NCBI RefSeq assembly: GCF_000143415.4
Contig: NW_003314277.1
Location: 2,130,043 to 2,194,042, forward strand
Direction: 5' to 3'
Source: Selaginella moellendorffii
Taxonomy: Eukaryota > Plantae > Lycopodiophyta
Length of the DNA: 64,000 nt
The translations under genes were made by a program, and so were the position numbers. The notes under the pieces are model-generated. The model was given only the letters and a program-made list of their open reading frames with translations. It was not told the DNA's origin and did not search any database. Positions 24,996 through 38,500 of this stretch are shown here, piece by piece (within the stretch, counting starts at the first letter, position 1; each line of letters opens with the position of its first letter).

Positions 24996-25311
24996 CACCC
25001 TACCCCTCGGGTCGAGCCCAGCGGGAGCAAACTGGACCAGCCAGATGTCAATCAACATGTGGTGTGATTCCCCTAGCCAACCAACAGAGTCGGACCCGAG
25101 ACCCCTCTGATACCAAATGTAAGCTCCTGAGTTTGGACTTCCCGGGAGGTCACCCAGCCCAGTACTATTCAAACCCAAGGACGCTTAACTCCAACTATCC
25201 CAAGACCCTTAACCGATTGGAAAAGGGGGTGCACTCTTGTTCATGGGCCCTTTCCCTCTATATTTGAACCCCATGGATCGTCTCTCGAGTCGTTCCCTTT
25301 GGTTGCTTACA
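24996..25311 (-). mobile_element. Cassandra-type TRIM fragment (5' LTR with 5S rRNA-derived segment, PBS, internal domain)
   Basis: 194-bp LTR 25118-25311 with TGTAAGC/GCTTACA ends. 25190-25135 reads AGTTAAGCGTCCTTGGGTTTGAATAGTACTGGGCTGGGTGACCTCCCGGGAAGTCC (5S A/IE/C box region). PBS TGGTATCAGAG; purine tract at 24996-25008. Confidence 0.88.
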
Positions 25312-27544
25312 CTAATAAAGGGAACTAACAATACCGACCTCCTGCCGTTGTGGCAGTAAGGAAAGAGTGTCCGTAAGGACTGGCCAACAAGTATCTTTCA
25401 ATACCCGAAATCATATTTGCAACACTCTTGAAGTCATCACCTTCAACTAAAGTCTTTGTTTCTCCGACTTGCCAATTCTATTTAGCAAATCACTTAACCA
25501 GCGTAACATCGTTCTTTGCATAAGCATAAAAGTCCTTAACTATTGACTTTTGTTCAAAGCTATCTATTTGAACCCACGAGAATAACCTCCCCAACCTTGA
25601 TAGCATCACCTCATGGCAAACTTTAAGACCACAATTTTGCTGTGTTACTTTAATTTTACGAAATTTTATGAACCATTTACATTTATCTTTTTAGGTACCA
25701 ACCTACCCAAAATTGTCTTTAGGAACATTGAAAGGACTCTATCCCTTAGCTTGCTAAGGCATCTCATTTTGCAAGCTTTCTAATTGTCATATGGTTTAAT
25801 ATAGACAATTCTATACTTTAGACTTTCCATGGCATCACAGTTGTCAGTAGCAATACCTTCGAACACCCACTTGATTCTCTACTTCTAATTTGCATAATCA
25901 AGAGTGGTTATGCTCTTCAACTTCTATGGTTCAATTATATCCTTTTACTACTTATTTTTTGGCTTTACACGTTCCCTTTAGTTATTTTCCTCCTGATTAA
26001 GAGGGTAACTTTGCACTTTCTATCATGCATTAATAAATATTCTTAGGGATGAACCTACTGAATGACCTAAGGAGTGGTTTTTCAATTTGGATATACTCAT
26101 CTTTGTAATCCCACATACCAAAATTAACGTTTTTATTTAGGGGCCTTTCTATGCCTGCTACTATCTATGCTAAAATCCTTTTGGCTTTATCTACTTTGGA
26201 TAGTCAGACATACCCTGTCTTTAGGTTTTGTCAACCTTAGATATTATATAGCACCTTCTATTCATTTTCCTTTAGAAATATAGTCCTTTAGGCTTTATTT
26301 AATGCCCTCATAATACCCAAATACCATCTCTTTAATATTTTTAAGGTGTTTATATATTTTTGTGATGGATTTCCCAAGCAATGAGCATTTCCTATTGATA
26401 TTGATCCATTATACCACAACATAAGCACAACACCCCTTAAGGGATGTATCACCTTCTTCTTATTCAACCAAGAAGTCTTAAAAAGTTAGTTCTAACAAAT
26501 TATTCTAAACTTTTGCTTAGTTTCTTCATAATTCATCATGTCCTACAACTCATTACCAATGCTTTCACACCTTCATTAGTATTTGGTATAAACACATAAG
26601 TCCAACTATATCTTAGATATGCCAACCCCATTTTCATTGGGGTTCCTTTGGCATAGGGTTTTCATGCACCACCAACTTGACCTTAAGACATCATCCTTTG
26701 AGACATTTGGGGTCTCCACCCCACCAGCTTCATAAGTCTACCATCACAACACTTACCACTTGTATTTAGATCTTGCCAAGACTAAAGTAATCGTTTCTCA
26801 TATCAACTATCAATTAGCACTACTCCTTAATGTTCACATACAAGTCTTTGCTGAAGTTGCTTTTTAAAGTCATAGACTTTGTTAATTCAACATCCTTTAA
26901 CGTCCTAGCCTTTTAACTACTTTTGAGATGCCACCACTCTTGAATACAACTTCTTGTATTCATATCCTATTTATAAGGACTATCTTTGCAAGTGTTACTC
27001 TGACACTTGATTATCCTCAGTTTTACATGGGCTATTTTCACCTTATAGAACTATGCTTCTATATGATGAGAACACTAACTCATTTGTTAGATACACTTCT
27101 AACTCCTTAGGTTGTTCTAGCATTTCTTAGAGGTAGCTTTGACCTCCTATGGTCACTGACTCTATCCTCAACTATATAAGGATAATTTTATGACTCCTTT
27201 ATCTTTTAGAAGTTTCTATCATTTGCATGATCCCAACTGTAATTGTCTACTATAACCACATTAGCCAATTTGCTAAATCAAACGCTTATATAAATTACAT
27301 CCTTAACTCTCTAAGGAAAACTTTCTACTATTCCTAAGATCCCAAAATTGTTCCCTTATTGGCCCCTTTCTATCCACCACATTGCCTACATATTTATATA
27401 TGAACTAAAGTGGAGAGGTATGCTCTCTTGACATGCTACTCCTTAAGGATAGGCCCCCTCCTAGAACCTTCTGATGCCAATATAAGTGGTGATATACTTG
27501 ACTACCAATAAGAGTCGGATTAAGGAATAGCTTTGATACTAAAT

Positions 27545-29372
27545 TGTAAGTGACTATATTTTCCATTCTACTTTAGTCACTTAATTATACCTTCAACCAC
27601 TTTGAGATGTGTCACTCATAACCTCTATAAATCATATTCTTGAATTAGGGGCATGTTAAACCCGTAAATGGCATCTATGCCACTTAGTCTTTACAGTTGG
27701 CCTAACTGCTTAACATATCCAATCCTATTACAGACACCCAAAAGTATCACAAACATATCAACCCATTATGCTAAGGCCATGTCTCATTAGTAGTCTAAAA
27801 CCACCCATACCATAGACCCATTTTCCAAAGACTAGGCCATCTATCCATGAGTGGTCACCCCCTGACCACACTTTAGCACCCTTAAAATGCCCAGAGATAT
27901 GAGGGACACCCTTCCCCAATATCCCTCCATCGGTCCTCACCAAGTCTCATTTCGTCCATGGCAATCCTCACCAACACTACTATCATGAATGTGACTTCAA
28001 ATATTGAAAGATACTTATTAGCCAGTTTTTACAGACACTCTCTCCTCACTGCCACGATGGTAGGAGGTTGGTACTGTTAGCTCCCTTTATGGTCTCCACC
28101 CAAGCTAATTGAAAAATTGGTCAGCACATGTGCACTTAGACCAGAAGGGCACTAAGGAAGGAAATCCTAAGTTGTCATTAAATCAAGCAAACTTGACACA
28201 GTGACGAGAAACTCATGTTGTTGGCTTGCACTTGCTAGTGTTGGGAACCCCCATGATAGTGAAATTGGTCCCTCAATATTCTCTAGATGATAACTTATTG
28301 TCTTTGCCAAACACCCTCGTTATTATGCCTTTTGTGTTAGTTTCATTCTGTTATTAGCTCATTATGAAAAGTGTCTAGATTTGTTAATTTGGCATATCTA
28401 TGAAATGTAGAGATTGTCCCAAACACAATGGTGTTGGTCTCGTGTCCAAATTTGCAATCAAGAAATATTCCATATTTAGTAAATTTCAAGCTTGTCCTAA
28501 AGACTAACTTCTGGTACTAAGGGAGGCTTGGGGTGAAAGCCCCAAGGGCAGCCTATGAAGGTTTTAAATGTGTAGTAGGGATAATGGTTGGAATGCATGT
28601 CTAACCACTTGAGACATTAGTTTTGCTCCCGTTGGGTTGTGTCCTTCTTTGTTCTATGTCCAGCTTGGGTCTAAGCCCAAACTTCACACTGCTCTAGTCG
28701 GTGGGGTACCCTCCTCCTCACGTTAGTCCACCAGTATGCCAAAATTGTGCCAAACACCATCTAACACCATTTTGCATGCAAGTGCTAGATATGAGGAGTT
28801 AGTGCTCATAGAATTGTATTAGACCTCTTTTTGTAGTGCAATAGGCTTGGAGTTCGGCTCCAAATTTAGATGCACTACAACCGCCATTGAGTCAAAGTCT
28901 AAAGGCCCGACCACTAAGTCCCATTGACCTTTAGGACTTCCTCACCACGTGACCATGCCCTTGGTCTCTATGCAAGAGGACTCTTTTCCACAATCTAGGA
29001 CTTTGGGATAACATTTCAAAACACCGTGGCCTTACATAAGCCTCGTGGGTACTCTTCCCACCTTCTGCCTTTGGGTGACCTAGCCATGTGGCTAGAGCAA
29101 GGTTCTGATGAGCTACACCAGGTATCTAAGTAGATAATACCACCCACACTTGGATTGAGAGCATCAACCATTCGATCTCCTAGGGGAGCTAGATCTAGCT
29201 CTTGAATACTTCACCAAGTTACCCCACTTATCCACTTGTGTTCACCCTAGCCTTGGACTCCTCAATGGTTATATCATCACCACTACATGGGTATAGCCCT
29301 CTTTAGTCACATTAACCTTTCCTAGCCAAATTGGTTCCACTAGAGTCCTCCCTCTATTATCTTTTTGGAGCT
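27545..29372 (-). repeat. Family A 5' LTR (truncated) with degenerate Met PBS, interrupted by a solo LTR
   Basis: Homologous to 30336-31296; minus strand reads ...CTTACA ATT TAGTATCAAAGCT at 27529-27550. Confidence 0.8.
27981..28879 (+). mobile_element. Solo long LTR (family C, 899 bp) nested in a family A LTR
   Basis: Reverse complement of 22878-25424 without its inserts. Flanks ACTAC and ACCGC are each one transition from the ACTGC seen in uninterrupted family A copies. Confidence 0.85.
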
Positions 29373-29499
29373 AGAGGGCATAGGACTAAAAGAAGCTACC
29401 AGTGGTCACTAACCACCACTTTTATTAACTGTTGCTTGTGAGCCTCCAAGGTAGAATTTCCTTTCCACCCTTTATTTTTAATCACTATATTTATTCCTA

Positions 29500-32449
29500 G
29501 AGTTCTTATGATTGTTTGAAATACTAACATGGCTTGTAATACTATTTGATGAGCAAGTGACTAAAAATAACTTGTTGTGTAACCTTCTTACACTCTAGAT
29601 ATGTCTTTGGCTTAAACTTCAAAATTTCACTACAAGAAAGTGAACTTAAACTTCCAAGAAATAACTTTGAGCATGTTCATCACTCATATTTATAATTATA
29701 ATTCATTTTCAAGCAAACACATTAATATAGTGCATAAGGTCCCCACACTACTTCAACTGCCGTAGCTTTACGCAAAGTCTCAGACCAAGATCATCCAGTA
29801 AGTAAACCTTATAAATATAAGATTGCATTTTACTTCTAGTTTGTCATTTTTTAGCACACACCTAGCACTATCAAGTTTTGGCATGATCAGTGAAAAAAGA
29901 CTATGTGCATGCAACTTTTGTATGATCATCTACATTTGCCACTATAAAATAGTTTTCCATATCATAGACCCAATCTTCAAAACCCTAATAATTCTGCATG
30001 CCTATGAAATTGAGTGGTTTCAAGGGTTTGAACTTTGAAACTCGTGGAATTGAAGGTGATTGCAGAATTTCATCATCCTCAAAACTTGAAGAAGAATCTA
30101 ATTGCTTAAGTTTAGTTAGTTTAGTTGCCTTAACTTTTATTTTCCTCTTCTTGTTCTCCTTCTTCAATTTACAAACTTCTTTTTGATCTCAATGTCTTGA
30201 GCCATATGCTATAATACTACAGCCTTGGGCTCTTCCTCTTTTGACTTAGCATCAACTTTTTCCATAGCATCTCTATCAAAAGTTTCTTCCTCTTGTTTTT
30301 CTTGTCTAGAGGTTTCAGCCTCATCAACATGGTTTTGTAAGTGACTAAATTTTCCATTCTACTTTAGTCACTTAGCCACACCTCCGACCACTTTGAGTCT
30401 CACTCACAACCTCCATAAATCCTATTCCCAACTTGGGGACTTACTAGCCCTGAGAATGGCATCCATGCCATTCAATCATTGCACTTGATCTAAGTGTTCT
30501 ATATGTCTAATCCCATGACTGACACCTAAAAGTGCTATTAATATACCAACCCATTATGCTAAGGCCATGCCCATTCAACTTTATCACATTAGTATTCCAA
30601 CACCACCTACATCACAGTCCCGTCTCTCAAAGATTGGGCCATCCGTCCAAGAGAGATCATCCCAAATCCACTTCTTAGCATCCTTAGAATGCCTGCAGAC
30701 ATGAGGAATAACCTTCCCCAATATCCCTTTTTCAGTCCTCACTAAGTCTTTTTCTATCCATAGTAGTGTTCACCAACACTGCCACTAGGTCAATACCCGC
30801 GGCCTGACCACTAAGTCCCACTGTCCTTTAGGACTTCCTCACCATGTGACTGTATCCTTAGTCATTACACTAAAGGATTGCTCCTTTTTCTTTCCACAGT
30901 CTAGGACTTTGGAATAACATTTTGGAACACTGTAGCCTTACACGAGCCTCATAAGTACTCTCCCCACCTTCCGCATTTAGGTGCTCTAGCCATGGGCTAG
31001 AGTGAGGTTCCATTGAGCCATGCCAGGTATCCAAGTAGGTAGTGTTACCCATGTTTGGATTGGGAGTATTGACCATTCGATCTCTCGGGGGAACTAGAAT
31101 CAACTCTTGAACACTTTACCAAGTTACCCCACTTTTCTGTCCATATTCACTTTAGCTTTGGACTCCTTAGTGGATATATCCTCACCCAACATGTGAACAT
31201 AGCCTTCCTGGGTCACACTGGCCTTTCTTGGCCAAACTGGCTCCACTCGAGTCCAACCACCACAGTCTCCCTACTATACTTTTGGAACCCCTTACATTGC
31301 CCCCCCCTCCCTTCCCCGCTTGGGGACAATCACTTTGGGCTTTCACCTAATAGCCGGTATTAGTATTTGGACTTAGACTCAAACTCAGTCTTGATCTCGG
31401 TCTTGGTTTTGGACTTGGACTCGGTCTTGGTCTCGGTCTCCATCTCAGTTCCATCTTGGACTCCATCTTGTACTCCATTTCAGGTCCATCTCAGACTCCA
31501 TCTCCGGTCCATCTCGAACTCCATCTTGGGTCCATCTCGAACTCCATCTCAAGTTCATCTCGGGTCCATCTCAGACTCCATCTCGGGTCCATCTCGGACT
31601 TTATCTCGAACTTTATCTCGGGTCCATCTCGAACTCCATCTTGGACTCCATCTCAGACTCCATCTCAGATTCCATCTCAAGTCCATCTCGACACTTCCAC
31701 GTGTCATGTGTTGGTCCTATTGTGTCCCTTTTCTAGAGACTCATTTATTGCTTGCTTTGAGCTTGTTCCTCGAGCCCTTCATTGGAGTTCCACTCCCGCT
31801 CTCAACTTTTCAAGTTGAAGCTTTTAGTCTAAACATGTTATGTTTGTTTGGCTTCTGCTTCAACCACTACCATGTGGCACCCTTTTAGCTCCACTTTTAG
31901 GGCTCTGGGATTTGTATCTCACAAGTTCCTTTTTGCCATCTCACCAGCTCCATGCATGCTTTTATCGATAACTTAACATGCATATAACATTCTTACTGAA
32001 TGGTGCAATTCAACTAATTCTACATAAGTCACTTTGGATCTACTAAAAAAGTCTTTGCATATATGTAACTAGAGTAAAAAACTCCAACAAAAGCTAGATA
32101 ATAATCGCTAAGACAATTTTTTTGATACCAAATGTAATGCTCTTAAATTTAGAGTTGAACACCAAGTCCATTACACTATAAAACAAAGGTCCAATACACA
32201 CTTAATATCCCCTATAAGCATCATCTCTCCACATTTAGTTTTTATATGCAAAATAGTATCAAATGGAGTCTGGCACAATTTCAATATACCGGTGGTCTAA
32301 TGAGAGGAGGAAAGTACCCCACTAACTAGAGAAGCATAAAGTTTAGGATTAAACCCAAGCTAAATGCAAAACAAGGAACGACATAGCCCAATAGGAGCCA
32401 AACTAATGTCTCATATGGTTAGCCATATAATCTAATCACTATTCCTACT
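29500..32449 (-). pseudogene. Decayed gag with Met PBS and truncated family C-like 5' LTR (32133-32449), interrupted by solo LTR A
   Basis: Translation KPLNFIG..FEDWVYDMENYFIVANVDDHTKVA..FFTDHAKTW. PBS TGGTATCA at 32130-32123. Confidence 0.65.
30336..31923 (-). mobile_element. Solo long LTR of family A (1588 bp) with internal PPT and TG start at 31296-31317
   Basis: TG...CA ends, degenerate TSD GGTTT/AGTTC, TCCATCTCRRAC 12-mer array at about 31440-31690. Confidence 0.8.
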
Positions 32450-32796
32450 TGGATCAATGCATTACACAATATCATGGAAGGCTATGTTATCAAAGTCATC
32501 TATACTTGCCCATATGTCATTTCCTACTAACAAATTAAGGATTGCTTCAATGTAGTGTGTACCAAATTATTTCCTACTAGAAGAGCCAGTTGTCTTGGCA
32601 TCAATAGATTTTCTAGACGAGGATTATGTATATATTAAAAAAAGATATTAAATATAATATATAAAATATAAATACCTGTTCCTAAATATAAATTGAATAT
32701 TTTATATTTAAAATGTTTCATCTATAAAAGTGTTAATTAAAACTGTTTTTAAAATATATTTATAAATATAGAGTTCAAATACATTAAGTTTTTTCA

Positions 32797-33723
32797 ATGA
32801 GATGCATAAATTTTATTATAACTATTTATTCATGTTTTTATATAGCTTATGCTCCAGAAGAATATCATTATGAAATTTTTGGAGTTAATGGAGCAATTCC
32901 AAAACAAATAAATATGGATGTAATAGTTTATTTTTTTAATAATTTCATAGAGATATCATTGCCCTCAAATAGAAATACACCAGAAAGTTCTACATTTCAT
33001 ACATCCTATATTGACATGCTTTCAGATCATACAACTTTAATTATAGATTTATTCCTTATTGTTATATCTGCTGGTAATAGTTGCCCAGTAAACAATAATG
33101 GAATTCGTCAAGTTGATAATAATGATGCTACAGGTTTAATATTAAGAGTTGCTAATCAAGTTTATCTTTCTTTTCGAAATGAAAGAGCATCATATTTTAT
33201 AAGTATTATTGTTCAACATGACATTGGTATTTTTGCCATAGTGTATATGATACGTGGATATCAGCTTGAAATAACTCCTCTGTATAGTATGATTTATTCA
33301 TTTCCCAATCCATATAAAATTTGTAACTTTTTTAAAAGTACATTACTTAGTGGATATAAAAGTTTGTTTATAGCCACACTTCATGCTGGTGAATTTTTAA
33401 CACATCTTTATAAAGCATATATATTTTTAGTACAGCAAGATTGTAATGCTGTTTATTACTACAAAAATATAGTTTTATGGAATACTAAAACATATGGAAT
33501 AAGTTTTGATTGTAAATTTAGATTACAAGAAGATGGAAATTTTGTTTTATATTCAGCATTTGATTTGAAACCCTTATATGCAACTAAAACTTATTGTAAA
33601 AATTTTAAATGTGTAAAACCATCAATGTTAATTTTACAGTTAGATTGTAATTTAGTTTTATATGAAGATGGAAAACCTTCTATAAGCATGTGGTCAACTA
33701 AAACAATATGTTATAGCTATTAA
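32797..33723 (+). CDS. Putative secreted protein: signal peptide, unknown ~165-aa domain, C-terminal GNA/bulb-type mannose-binding lectin
   Basis: Intact 308-aa ATG-TAA ORF. Three QxDxNxVxY sites (QQDCNAVYY, QEDGNFVLY, QLDCNLVLY), hydrophobic N-terminus ending AYA, TATAAATA at 32761. Confidence 0.82.
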   Translation: MRCINFIITIYSCFYIAYAPEEYHYEIFGVNGAIPKQINMDVIVYFFNNFIEISLPSNRNTPESSTFHTSYIDMLSDHTTLIIDLFLIVISAGNSCPVNNNGIRQVDNNDATGLILRVANQVYLSFRNERASYFISIIVQHDIGIFAIVYMIRGYQLEITPLYSMIYSFPNPYKICNFFKSTLLSGYKSLFIATLHAGEFLTHLYKAYIFLVQQDCNAVYYYKNIVLWNTKTYGISFDCKFRLQEDGNFVLYSAFDLKPLYATKTYCKNFKCVKPSMLILQLDCNLVLYEDGKPSISMWSTKTICYSY

Positions 33724-35586
33724 GTTAATTAAATATTGTTTATATCTAATTTTGATATTAAACTAGTTAATTTCAAAACTTCCTTATAGAATATAGAGAA
33801 GACTTCTTTATTCAGATATCTATATGAATTTTTGGTTTGCTTAAGCAAACCTGTAGGGGGACTAGGATGGTAGTGAATATACCTAAAATATGCTTGAATA
33901 TTTTAGGATATTCTACCATTTAACGGTTGTTATTAATTTAGAATAATCTTGTTTTTATAATTTATAAACTTTCTTAAACCTTTTCTAGTATTTTTTTTAT
34001 AAACTTTATTTGATCAATTAGATTAATAAGTAAGAATAACACTACTATTAAGAAAACCAAATGTTGCTACATGCAATGCGTAGCAATTTATTTTTTATAT
34101 TCCTGTAAGTCAAAGAGACTGAATATTCTCTTCATATTACCTAGAACATGAAATTTTTATTATAAAAAATCTGCTAGGCCGTGATAACTCTAGTGAAACA
34201 GCACTTCAATCACACCATTAGGTGTCAAACAGCAAAGGGCTGCATGACAAGTATATAGGCCTTAACTTGGTCACACACATAAAAACCATGTAACACTTCT
34301 CTTTCTAAGTTTTAAGAAGTAAATTGTGGCTTGCTCAAGTTGTTTGGTGGAGAGTACTATAGCATAAAAAGAGGTTATATAGGTTTGTTGTGTGCTTGGC
34401 TTCAGCCTATAAATTCCATATAAATTTACTCAAAACAAACAAGGCTGCATTTGGGCATTCCTCCCATTCTCCACCACATTCTATTAGAGCATTAGTCCTT
34501 TAGTTTAGGGTTCTTTATTTTTCTTTGCCATTTTTCTTGAGAGTGAGTATTAATGTTCTTGTTTCTTCATAAGTTGTGAAGCTTGACTTCTCTTCACAAT
34601 AGTATTAGAGATACAAGTTAGAATTTTAGTTTATTTTATTTTTTTAATGAGTAATGCCTTACATGCTAGGACAAGATGGCATCCCCCAGAGAAATGGAGT
34701 AGTTCAATAGAACAAATTTCCTCACCTAGAAAGAATGTGCTCAGTTCTGGTTCATGAGATTTGGATTCAAAAAATGCCTACTAAAGGATGATCACATTGA
34801 TCAATACAATAGGTGGCAAGATTTTGATGCAAAAGTGAATGGAGTTTTAGGAAAAGGACTCAATCTTCAATAGAGAGTCTAGTATAGAGTCCATGCATCT
34901 GGTATAAGAAAATCAATTCTTTTTAATTTCCCTTGGATTCCAAAAAACATATGAAGACATTAAAATACTCTTCAAAAAAATGTTTTTATTGTCATAGGCC
35001 TATATGATCCTCCAATTTCACCATTTCAATCTTTTCTAAGTTTTATCGATAAATCTACTTCAAATCTATCTTCTAACAATAAAGAACTCTTTATTGAAAT
35101 CAAATGAAAGTTAGGAGCTAAGTTTGATATGCTAGATTTTAGCTATAGTGAACATTGTTAATCTTATACACTATGGTGAAATATTTATAGAATAACCAAC
35201 CCTTAGGCATGAGTGCCATATGTAGAATACAAGTTCTAGGTGGACAAAGGGACAAAGTTAAACTCTTAAGTATACAACTAAGGTGTGAAGGTAAAACATA
35301 ATGAAGGTCACAATCATCTTCTAGAGTTATGTCTTTTCTTTTTCTCTTTTTTGAATCTTTGCAACTTGATCACTCTAGCCATATACTAGACTGAAGAATC
35401 AATACTAGATTACATATCAGATAGAGGCTGCAAGGTTCTCACACTATCAATGCCTAGTATGATCCATCCTAGTTGTCTGTTAGGGTCATTGCCCCAAGAT
35501 TCCTCTAGAGAGAGAGAGACAAGCAATGCAAGATATTTCTTGCCATTGTGGGCATATGCCACAATCATTGTGTTCCACTAGCAAGG

Positions 35587-38500
35587 TGTAGCACACGTGG
35601 TTTTTACACTTTATCCTATAGTGATTTACCATAATATAACATTACGAAACAAAACTTAAACCCTCTATATGTGCCACATGTTATATGCCACATATCACAT
35701 GCTATGTGTCCATAGGACAGTGGTGTGGAACCCAAGGTTTAGGGCCTTGAGCCACTGAACGAAGGAACAGTGCCAAACTCCCAAGCATGAAGCCAAGGAG
35801 CAACAAAACTAAACCATGGAGCAATTCCTAAGCGTACAGCCCAAGGAGCAAAGGGACAGGAGCACAGAATAACTTGGAATAGTCCTAGAGTATCCAGCAT
35901 CCCAATGCCAAGACCAGCACGCAAAACAGAGCCAAACAGAGTCTAGCGCTATTTCGGTATACCAGTGGCCTAACGTGAGGATATGGGTACTCCACCAGCT
36001 AGCATGGTGTGGAACTTGGGCTTAGACCCAAGCCAGACATAGAACAAAAACAAGCACGCAAGCGGGAGTTAGACTATACCTCAGGTTGGTCAGCCATGCT
36101 CAACCTACCTACCCACTATCCCTACTATACATTTCGAACCCCCCCCCCTCCCCCCCCGAGAAACACACACTCCCTAAGCCTCCCTTAGTATCAGGAGTTA
36201 GTTTCTAAGATAGACTTGAAACTTACTAAATATGGAATGTTTTTAGATTGCAAATTTGGACACGGGACGAACACCATTGTGTTTAAGACAATCTCTACAT
36301 TCTGTAAATGTGCCAAATGAGCAAATCTAAACACTTTCCATAAATAGCATTTGAGACTGAAATGAGACTAACACAAAGGGCATGATAGCAAGGGTGTTTA
36401 GCAGACACAATAAGCTATCATTTAGCGAATATTGAGGGACCAATCTCAATATTGTGAGGGTTCTTGATACTAGCAAGTGCAAGCCAATGACACAAGTTTC
36501 TCAAACCAAATCGAGTATGCTCAGCAAGAAACACATAGGGTTCCTACCTTATGTTTATCCAATCCAAGTGCATGTTTATTGACCAATTTCTCAACTAGCT
36601 CAAGTGGGAATTAATAACGAGTCCAGCAATACTGACCTCCTACCATCGTGGCAGTAAAAAAAGAGTGTCCGTAAGGACTGGCTGACAGATAACTTTCGAT
36701 ACCCAAAGTCACATTTGCGACACTCTCCCCCCTTAGGGAAAATTGACATCCTCGTCGATGCATACTTAAGTCTAGACCACTGCTAAGGAAACAACTCTAT
36801 TAAAAGTTCACGATGATCACACTATGTAAGAACTTGAAGGAGTTAGAATAACCTCTTTGTCTAATGCAAATGTGCTACCAACTCAGACACCCTCTGGGCG
36901 TCACCGACAAGGAAATGACTAACAGAGTTAGCCACCCTTGCTGCTCTGGGTGTCACCCAGCTTACAAAAGTGTGATATGCTTAAGACATAGAGAGAGAAG
37001 CTAGAGGCCCCAACCCTCATAAACAAAGAAACCAAACCTGTCGGTAAGGTTTAGATAGACTACTGTAAATAGGCAGTTAGAGTTGTTTACATGGTCATGC
37101 CCTTTCAACAAAATAAGGAATATCGACAAAGAGGCGGGTGATGTGACCAGTCGACAGTAGCTACCCTATAACTAAAAATTTCACTATGCACACGAAGTGC
37201 CAAAGCCAATCTACCTATACTGGCCCAAACTCAAAGATCAATAGATGGACAATATCAATGTCATAGACAATGATATCTTAGAGACTTAATTATCAGTGAA
37301 TAAATCTTAAAACTCAAGTTGCGTAAGCAAATATGAGCAACATTCTACTAATGTCACAAACCCAAGAGACCAATCCAGAGAAAACCACAAAGAACATATG
37401 GTAATGCAAAAAACCATAAACCATCAAAGAAAATAACTAACTATCATGAAGATCATCTATCATCCCATTAATGAAGAGATGCATAATCATCGTTGAAGAA
37501 AGAATCCACCATCTCCAAGAATAGCGAATCATTTTATATCAACAATAATCAAGCAAAACCCTTTTGACAAGGATAATCAACTATCCTAGATGATAGTCAA
37601 TCATCACCCATGATTTCTAGATGCAAAAATCAACTTTCACATTCGAAAGCTATGAGCCCAAATGCCTTCCCTCAACACTCCTAAAAAATGGAAACATGAG
37701 CATGAAAACTCAAAGAACCAAAAGCTCAAAAAAGTTTATAGCCAAGTCTTGCCTAACAATGATCACAAGTCTTGCATGAACTAATTTCAATGCTAAAGAA
37801 AAAATCATGGTACAACCCACGACATCTTTTTCAACACATCTATAAGCTAAACTTCATAATGCCAAAGCTAATGAAGAGCATATCTGCATCAATCCAAAAG
37901 CTAAGCACAACAGAGCTATGCTCAATAGGTGATCACTAAACGATCCTCCATGAATCCATTTATATCAATACGTAACTCACTTGATAACAAGCACAAGAAG
38001 AACCATCAATGATCAATATATTTCAACTCAAATCTAATAAGGATTCAAATATTCCAATATTAATCACTAACTCTTCCTCTTGTAAACCTAGTATAGTTCA
38101 CGATTAAATCACTTTTCAAGGAAAAGCCAAAGCTCAACCACAACTAAACAATCTCGTCTAGAACACAACTAACTCAACTTGCCATTTAGTTCATTGAACG
38201 TCATAGTTGCTAACTAGCAAATGCACGAATGCTAATAACACAAAGTTAAAACCAATTCATCAACACTATTTTTATCGAGAGTAATGAAACTCAATATCAA
38301 TCTTTTAGAAAGATATCTCATCTCACTTGAATCTCAACATCAACAATATCAATGATAAGGCATCACTTCAATGCCATTAACACTAGAACAAAACTAAAAG
38401 AAAGCAAGAGTGAATCACCACTCAAAGCTTTTCAGCAATTAAGCTAACTAAAGTTGAAAATACTTTAATCAATATCTGAGACTAGTTCTTCAAGAATACT

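Larger units (their letters stand above)
22878..25424 (-). mobile_element. Solo long LTR (family C) carrying two later insertions
   Basis: TGTAAC...GCAACA ends with perfect TSD CTCTT. Homologous to 27981-28879. Contains the 1530-bp copy (23207-24736) and a Cassandra fragment. Confidence 0.85.

Noticed and set aside
25135-25190. 5S rRNA gene
   Set aside because: Only the internal promoter region is present, and it lies inside a TG...CA LTR with a PBS.
31367-31888. 173-aa and 120-aa ORFs
   Set aside because: Produced by a stop-poor 6/12-mer repeat array in LTR family A.
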